Source: the human T2T-CHM13v2.0 reference genome, Homo sapiens. Taken from it: DNA of 64,000 nt. This document shows positions 56,432 through 64,000 of this stretch, piece by piece. The stretch lies in assembly GCF_009914755.1 (NCBI RefSeq), contig NC_060942.1. One strand, 5' to 3'. Positions within the stretch are counted from its first letter, which is position 1. Each line of letters starts with the position of its first letter. The position numbers were made by a program, and so were the translations under genes. Under the pieces are notes generated by a model. The model was not told the origin of the DNA. It was given only the letters and a program-made list of their open reading frames with translations, and did not search any database.

Positions 56432-58849
56432 TAAAAGAAAAGATGAGATACGTAAGCAGCCACAATGTTAGTCAGAGAATGCTAAAAAGTCAAACAAAGG
56501 AAAGAGGCACTGAGCATTTGGGGAGGTTAGAAATGGAAGAGTGGTGAAGATCAAGAATTGTCATTGAAGTTGAACCCCTTAATCCTGTGGGAAGAAGGTG
56601 AGATTTGAGTTGGGCTCTGATGAGATGGTAGAGTTGGCTAGGAAAAAAGGAACAAGATGGCACGTTAAAATGGGTTAGTGTGTTCTGCTCACTCAGCAGA
56701 AAGGAGGCTTGTACAAGACAGCCAAAGTAGGAGAGATCACCAGAAATACCATCTGGCCACTTTGTGGGAGGTTCCAGTGTCCAAATAGGATGTTCAGACT
56801 TTGTCTCCCAGAAAAAATGGGAAATTAGGTGTCTCAGGTGGACAAAGCCCTGTGGTATAAAATCCATATGGTCCTCCCACTCTCCTCCAAAATATTTACA
56901 ACTTGGATTTGTACCAAAGCCTTCTCTAATCACCTTCATTGTTGTCACCTTATTTTCTAAACATGTGGTTATGGTGCTCTGGTGCCATTGGCTAAACTCA
57001 GTAGAGACTAGATTACTAACATCCAAGAGACTGCTTTGTTTTCCCTGTCCTCCTTGGGGTGCACCCTACTGTGGCCTCCAGCTGTAGTGCCAGAACCCAC
57101 AGGATCCACCATTAGCTGAAAGTACCAGGTTTCAGCCCAAAGGCTGTTCCCTAGGGAAGAGAATGTTTGACCCAAGGTGTCTGGCCTTCAGGAGATAAGG
57201 GATCACCACATCAAGGTCATGGAGCAGAGGCTTCCTGGGTGTGGCCCAAGTCCCTATTAAATGTCCTCTGCCTACACGTTGCCCTGGACCTCTGGACCCA
57301 CCTATGAACATATGCCCCCTCCCAGGGAGCTCACTGCTTCATCGTCATCTGCCTATTCATTCTGACTGGCCTGCATTTGTCTGGCATCTACTGCATTAGC
57401 CAGGGCAATAGCATATATTTGGATAGCACCCAGTGGTTGTTAAACACTTGTACCTATTTTATTCATTAAAACCTTAGCAGACCAGCCAAGGTGTATTATC
57501 TCTTTTCTAAAAATAAGGAACCTGAGTCTTAGAGAGGCTAAATAGCTTTGTCTAAGGCCAAAAGGTCAGTAACTGACCATTGCTCCACCACAGATGAAGA
57601 CCCCATCTCTACCCCCAGAATCTCCTCTCCATCCTGGACTTTCCCACTGCCACCTCCTTTTTATCCATATACCTCAGGGATTTAGCCCCTTTTTGGCCCT
57701 CCTTCTCAGCCATGGTCTCCAACCCTCTCAACAGAGCCTTCTACTCCTCTAGGATAGGCTGAGGAATAGGAAGTTGATTCCAGATATCTCCCCTACCTGC
57801 CCAGCTGCCTCTGAGACAAACAATCCCCTTGCATTCTAAGGGAACTTATATGAAGCCCCTATGGAGGAATGAAAAGTGATAACAAAAATAAGAAACACAG
57901 GAAGCCATAAAGTTTAAAGCAATGCAAGAAACCCTGGCTAGAGTTAGCCTTGATCTTCTCTGAAATGAAAATAAAATTCAGCCCCTTCCCCAACAGCTCA
58001 TTGTTGGAGCCCCCATACCCTCACCTCTTTCATGTCCTGGGGTTGACTTCCTGCTTGTCCCCACCTCTCTCCAGGAAGGGTCCCTTTTACCCCAACTCTA
58101 GAAATTCTAGCCTCAGAAGAGGCCAATGTGCTATCCTCATTGGGCTCCTAGAGGAAGACCAAATTAAACACTGCTATTCTCTTCTCTTCTGCTTAACACG
58201 GAAAAAGTCAACTTAGGTCATTCCCTGACAGAGAGATACAAAGATAAGGCATTGTCCCTGTCACCAAGATATAAGCAACAGCACAGGATACTGTGTGGTG
58301 AAAGACAAAATAAGCAGTAGAGATAAGATTTCTGAGGACTGGAGGGAGGATATGAGGAGTGAGGGATGAGCCACGGGAGGCCACTGTCACCAGCCACAGT
58401 GGCCTGGACCAGGCAGAAGAGTCTTATGGTTGAGTATGTGCCATAACAGCTGTAGGGAGGACATTCTGGGTAGGAGGGTGAATGAAGGCAACGTGCCTGT
58501 CGGGGAGCCAGCTGAAAATCCATCCTGTGGGCAGAAGAAGGCCTTGGGACTTTGCTCAGTGGTCATGCTTCCCTCTTCCTGTTCCCTATAGTCCCACTTA
58601 GTCTGGGGAAGCTCTCTGCAAGAGAGTGACAGCAAAACAAGCAGTTTGTCTGCTGCTAGGGCTGCGGAACCCAGGCCAGGTGTTCCAGAGGCCACGTTCC
58701 TGGCCTGGCTGCAGCTCACTGCAAATGAGGCTGGGAAAGGGTGTCCAGTCTTATGCCAGGAGGAGGGGCAGCCCGTTGGGTGGCTATCATGCCTGACTCT
58801 ACTTCACAAACACCTATGTACTCACCAAGCAGAAATAGTGAATGTTAAC

Positions 58850-59300
58850 CTTCTCTTATTTGCTTCATATTTTTTAATAAAAATGAAAAATATTCAGAAG
58901 GAATTAAAAACTCTTAGGTCCCACTCCCACTCCCCTCCCTCCCTCTCCAGCAACAACCCTATTATGAATTGTACATATTTCTTTTTCATCCGTGTGTTCT
59001 CAAATGGATATATTCATATGGATCTCTAAAACACTATATAGTATTTGTCGATATGGCACTGAATTTACATAATTGTATCTTAACATTATTCTGCAACTTG
59101 TCTTTTTCACTCAACATTTCTATTTGGGGATCTATATAGATTGATGATTTGACTCCATTTTCTTTATTTAACTGCTCTATGGCAAGTCATCATATTCCCT
59201 AATTTCTTTATCCATGCCTTCATGGATGGACATTTAGCTCAGGTATATATTTTTTTTAAGCAAACAATGCTGCATTGAAATTCCTGTGCCTATTTCCTGA
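58850..59300 (-). mobile_element. Ancient L1ME-like 3' fragment
   Basis: ttattctgcaacttgtctttttcactcaaca...ttaactgct...gatggacatttag...aaacaatgctgca. Confidence 0.7.
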
Positions 59301-59439
59301 GGCACCCAGTTCTCTCTCCTGTTGTAGAGAAAATGTTGAGACTCCCCGTTCCAGTTCAAATGCAATTAGTACACCTCCATCGGGTGCACAACACCAAACT
59401 AAATACACTGAATCATTCTAAGAGATGCATTCAGAAGAG

Positions 59440-59810
59440 TTCCTCCCTTTAAGGAGCTTACAGTCTAGCAGAACAGATAAGCATGTTGTGAATCTACAAG
59501 TTAAAAGCTCTAGGACAGTGCCCAGTCTATACGTAATTAAAAGATAATGTCAGTTGACCTGATAGAGAAGAGCTGAAGGTAGACCAAGTAAGAGTGAAAT
59601 CTACATGGATATGGGTCTTATCAGGAAAGCTTTCCTAAAGGAACTTGATCTTGATAGGGGTCTTGAAGAAAATACAAGCTTTAGGTGCTCAGTAGTAAGT
59701 GTTCAATGAATAGGAGAGAGGGCATTCCTGGCAGGGGGACAGCAGGAGCAAGTGTCCTGGGGCAGGACTAAGCATGGAATGTTAGATGTCTTGTCTGGCT
59801 GGAGTGTCTG
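59440..59810 (-). mobile_element. L2 fragment
   Basis: aaggagcttacagtctagc...tcaggaaagcttt...gggtcttgaag...gagggcattcctggcagggggacagcaggagcaa. Confidence 0.65.
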
Positions 59811-60594
59811 GCTGGATTGAACTTGGAGCCATTCTTCTGTTTTCAAAGTTGATCTTAGCCCCACAACAAGTCCATGTGGCTTGTTGGCCCGGGCAGCCGG
59901 CCTGGGTGGTATTTTTCCATTACTCTGAGCAGAGAAGAAGTTCAGTCACTTGTTGATAGCAATATGACCATTCAAGGAGAAAACAATTAGGGATGCTGAG
60001 CTCTGGCCCCCGGAGAGGAGGGAGGGAAGGAAAAAATTCTCCCTGGGGGGAAGGGGCTGGGTGGGAAACAACCAAGAGGGTAATTGGTAAATATTATTGT
60101 TTCATTCCATGTTTGCCTGCTCTGCTCTGGTCCCTCTGCAAGCGGTGCATTTAAATCACACTGTCTGACTTTGGCAGGTTTAATTGAGTCGCCACTGAAA
60201 AAGAAATTATCCCTGTGCTATTAATTTTTATAGTTCCTCGGGGCTTTTAAAAAGTGTTTGGATTTTCTAGGTCTTTGAAAATGAAAACATTAAATTTTAT
60301 TAAAAGGAAACGCAGGGGGGCTGGCAGGGCCCAGCCAGGCCCTGACAAGACGGTTGGTGGGAAGGTTTGGGCCCTCTGAGGCAGTGTGACAAAAGTTTTG
60401 CCCCTTGTAGAATGAGAGGCAGGTGGTCTCTAAAGATGTGTGAGGTCTGCCAGACCTGCATCCCCCACTGGCTCAGGATGGGTGCCTTGTCAGTGCCACC
60501 CCAGACCCCGCCCTCATGGCCAAAGTCTGTGCTGGCAGCCACAGGCCAAAGAGTGCTGTGACCGGGAGCTCTCTGTAGGAACTGGGGGGAACAT

Positions 60595-62040
60595 AAGGGC
60601 AGACCAGTGTTGTGGGGCCAGAAGCTTTCACAATTTAGAAGGCCCTCTTGAAGAAAAAGAAAAGAATTCAAAATCCCAAATGCAAAATTACATTCGAAAG
60701 TATAATTTTATTGAGAAAGAATGAAGTCACAACAAATTACACATTTTAAAAAGCTGACAAATTCTACAGGCACCACAAAATCTAAAATAACTGTCTGACA
60801 CATCCGTAATACTTTTCTTCCTACATTTTTTTTGGCTACCAACTCTCTGATCATCTCTTTAAATGACTATAATTTTTCAATATCATTTTTATAGAGAGAA
60901 TACAAAGATAATTCAGTCTATCTTTTACCAAACTGCAAACTCTTTGATCATCTCTTTAAATGACTATAATTTTTCAATATGACTTTATAGAGGGAATACA
61001 AAGATAATTCCGTCTATCTTCTAACAAGCTGATCAAATTTTGTACTTTATTATTCACGGTTTGGAAAGGTTTCTTTCAGTCTCACAATTTGTCACTGGTA
61101 ATGCCACGTGAATTTTCAGGATTGTTATCAACTTTGGGAAAACCTCTGTCAAGTATCTTTCACATATGAGCTATGAGATTTCAGGGCATTTTTTCTTTCA
61201 CAGCAACAAATCTAAAATGCTCTTTGAATTTATGAAACTTACTAACCAGATTGTCATCGATGCCCTCATTGTAGTGGCGTATAATGAGTTTTATGTTATC
61301 TCCATCAATGTCAGTATTTCCTGTCAAATCAGCAAGACATTTAAACATGGGGATTCTGATAAATTCTAAGTCAGTAATTCCCATCAAAAAAGAAACAAGA
61401 TGAATGGTGCATATATAATTTTATTACTTTGCATGATCGAGTGTATTCTTGACAAGAGAGAACTTTTATTTTGATGAGGCAGTGATGAGAATGCTCTTGT
61501 GATTTTACATACCTAATGATTGGAGGAATTTCCCGCCAAGTAGCTTCTGGCTCTGGGCATTTAAAAACTTGTTTCTCTTTCACCATCTATATGCTTCCAG
61601 TGCTGGGCTCTGCAGGACACAGATACTCAGGTCTCTGTACAACTGCATCCCTTTCATGGCACAAGACAGAGGATGTCTGCACAGTGGGTAACAGGAGTGT
61701 TCCTGGCAGCTTTTTCCACATGGTGACAGCTACTGATGAGTGAGTTACACAGAGAGGTGACTAAAACTACACAAACACCTCGCACTGAACCTAAACCAAA
61801 CACAGCCCCAGCTCAACTGCCCCTTAGCTAGTTTTCAAAGTGGCAGCATCAATGCCCCCCAAAATGAGGAAGGGGATGCCAGGGGGAAATATGCCAGGGA
61901 GAAACAATGGTTTTAAGAGATTATAGTTGAAATATCTCACTTTTGCCAGCTACATAAAAACACGTGACTGTGTACGTGCATTGTGCCAATGAAGGGCTCT
62001 GGAGTTTAAGCATCATTATCATGACAGGAAATTCACTTGT
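60595..62040 (-). mobile_element. Arthur1-like hAT-Tip100 DNA transposon remnant (about 1.45 kb)
   Basis: Terminus tgtggggccagaagct..cacaattt...ggccctcttgaagaaaaaga matches Arthur1 as recalled. The minus strand reads VKDRLNYLCILSIKND at about 60880-60927, resembling the hAT C-terminal dimerisation motif. Confidence 0.75.
60841..61020 (+). repeat. Tandem duplication (97-bp offset) inside the hAT remnant
   Basis: aactct.tgatcatctctttaaatgactataatttttcaatat...aatacaaagataattc.gtctatctt at 60841-60924 and 60938-61020. Confidence 0.95.
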
Positions 62041-62289
62041 GCACGCTATGGAGGTTCTCGGGGAGAGATCTTTGCACCTAAGTCTGTCAAGGAATTAACT
62101 GCATTTGGAGAGACAAACACAGCACAGCAGTATAACAATTCAAACATGACAAGGTAACTAAAGTGAGACTTTGTATGGGGAGGCTTTGAAGTTGAGACAA
62201 GCAAGTGATGAGGGTAGGATGGGAAGGCCCAGGAAGTCAGGAGGTGGAACTTGAACTGGATACAATTCAGATAGCTGTGGAAGAGCACA

Positions 62290-62750
62290 TGTGGGTGATG
62301 TGTGTGTGTTCGTGCATGCATGTGTTTATAGACATGAGTGCCTGCAACTATGGTGTATTGTGAGCGTGCATGCATGTGCTTCTTTTTTTTTTTTTTGAGA
62401 CAGAGTCTTGCTCTGTCGCCCAGGCTGAAGGGCAGTGGCATGATCTTGGCTCACTGCAAGCTCCGCCTCCCGGGTTCACACCATTCCCTTCCTTCAGCCT
62501 CCCGAGTAGCTGAGAGTACAGGCGCCCGCCACCAAGCCCTGCTAATTTTTTCTATTTTTAGTAGAGATGGGGTTTCACTGCGTTAGCCAGGATGGTCTTG
62601 ATCTCCCGACCTCATGATCCGCCCGCCTCGTGGGATCCCAAAATGCTGGGATTACAGGCATGAGCCACCACACCCAGCCGCATGCATGTGCTTCTACGTG
62701 AGCATGCATGTGCATATGTTGTGTGCACTTGTGCACGTGTAAGCATGTGT
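62290..62750. repeat. Degenerate (TG)n/(TGCA)n purine-pyrimidine tract split by an Alu
   Basis: gtgtgtgtgttcgtgcatgcatgtg on the left; gcatgcatgtgcatatgttgtgtgcac on the right. Confidence 0.8.
62384..62679 (-). mobile_element. AluY-like
   Basis: Diagnostic ctgcaagctccgcctcccgggttcacaccattc and ttagccaggatggtc. 16-bp TSD gcatgcatgtgcttct at 62368-62383 and 62680-62695. Confidence 0.96.
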
Positions 62751-63464
62751 AGGGAGGGAAGGAAGGGATTGTCATGAAGTCTGCAGGAGAAATGGGCTGG
62801 CGTCGTGGATATCAGTCTGACACATGAGGACGATGAGGCTCAGGAAAGCGAGGCAACTTGCTCAAGACTGCACATCTGGTCGGTGGCAGAACTCAAGCTG
62901 TCCCCAGGCATCCCGACAGCATTTGCAGGATGTTCCCAGCACACGCATCAGCTCCTACCCACATACAGCCAGGGCTGAATCAGTGTGCGTGCCCTGACCC
63001 GCTTCTCCACAGGCAGAGTGCCCTTCTAGGCACAGGAAGGAATGTCAGTTCCATCCTGTGACGGCTGTCCTCCTCCCTCTGCCTCAGGGGTCACTTCACT
63101 CCAATAAATCATCCCAGGCAGCCCTGACCCAGGAGAGAAGAAAGTTGCCTTGCCCTTTTACGCTGACACCTCAGCTCCAGCTCTATCCCCAGATAAAGTC
63201 ACAAGGCACTAGAGTGTCAGGTGGGGACATGTGTGTTTTGTTTCAATGGCAGAGTAGTGGGCAGTTTGTGCACAGCTTCCTTAAGGAAACAAAGCATTTC
63301 TGTTGTGGAAGTAAAAACTTTGGTTGGTTTATGAGTTGTGACAGGTAAGGAAATAAAAATGTGGAATAACCCAAATGTCAATTCAGATAGAAAATTAAGA
63401 AATAGTCAGATTTCCCTCCCTGGGCTAGGCGTTCAGCACTCCCAACTCTATAATGTCAGTGCTC

Positions 63465-63612
63465 TGATCGTGCCCATTTTACAGACAAGGAAACTGAGGC
63501 TTGGAGAAGTTTAGGAGTTTGCCCAAGTCACACAGCTAGAAATCATGGGGCCAGGATTTAGATTCAGATAGTCTGATTTCAGGGCCTGTGTTCTCATGAG
63601 GATATACTGCCT
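63465..63612. mobile_element. MIR element
   Basis: cccattttacagacaaggaaactgaggcttggagaagtttaggagtttgcccaagtcacacagctag. Confidence 0.88.
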
Positions 63613-64000
63613 TCAATGGAAGAAAGTAGGGAGAATTCTCCCATAAGCACAAAACTTTATTCAGATTTCCTAAAACACAGGACCATTTAAAAACTCTCTT
63701 AATAAAAAGCTGATGGCAGGCCTCTCCCTGTCGTCACCCTCGACATGCATGTACATGCGCTCACGCTCGCACACACACACACACACAGTGTCCACATCAC
63801 TGCTCACCCCAGCCTTCCCAACTCAGCCCAAATTCCTTCCTTGTGAGTGTCCCTCCACTGATAATTAAGGCTTCAGCCAGCCAGTTGCTGATTTCTGATT
63901 CCCATTTAATCTCCACAAGGACTTTCAATACTTACAGCTCTTGCTTCTCAATATTTCAGTGTATTAAAGGAAAACTCTTGGGGGCAGGAAGATGACATCT

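Noticed and set aside
56490-57026. 178-aa minus-strand ORF
   Set aside because: Partly L2-like, with no ATG start or homology that I can recognise.
59451-59469. aaggagcttacagtctagc resembles miR-708-5p/miR-28-5p
   Set aside because: These miRNAs derive from L2. This is a single L2 fragment with no complementary arm nearby, so there is no hairpin.

Overview
This is primate, almost certainly human, non-coding DNA: a large intron or intergenic stretch rich in interspersed repeats. It carries 7 Alus, a 3.2-kb 5'-truncated L1PA with a broken ORF2, THE1/MST/MLT1/MER68 solo LTRs, Arthur1-, Tigger5/MER47- and MER5A-type DNA transposon fossils, and many MIR/L2/L1M fragments. I see no intact host protein-coding exon and cannot name the locus. 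Apart from the L1 ORF2 pieces, the ORF track is noise. Structure not explained by standard repeat annotation: (1) a tailless tRNA-Lys(CTT) 5'-half retrocopy with a perfect 17-19 bp target-site duplication; (2) four short local paralogous pairs (about 165-330 bp, two direct and two inverted, 0.7-3.1 kb apart) between 12.7 and 37 kb, one of them a clean templated insertion of nearby unique DNA into an MLT1 LTR; (3) several repeat-free, motif-dense blocks that look like enhancers; (4) weak micro-exon candidates. I found no convincing evidence of a new multi-gene system. Repeat subfamily calls come from recalled consensus sequences, and the ends of old repeats are approximate.
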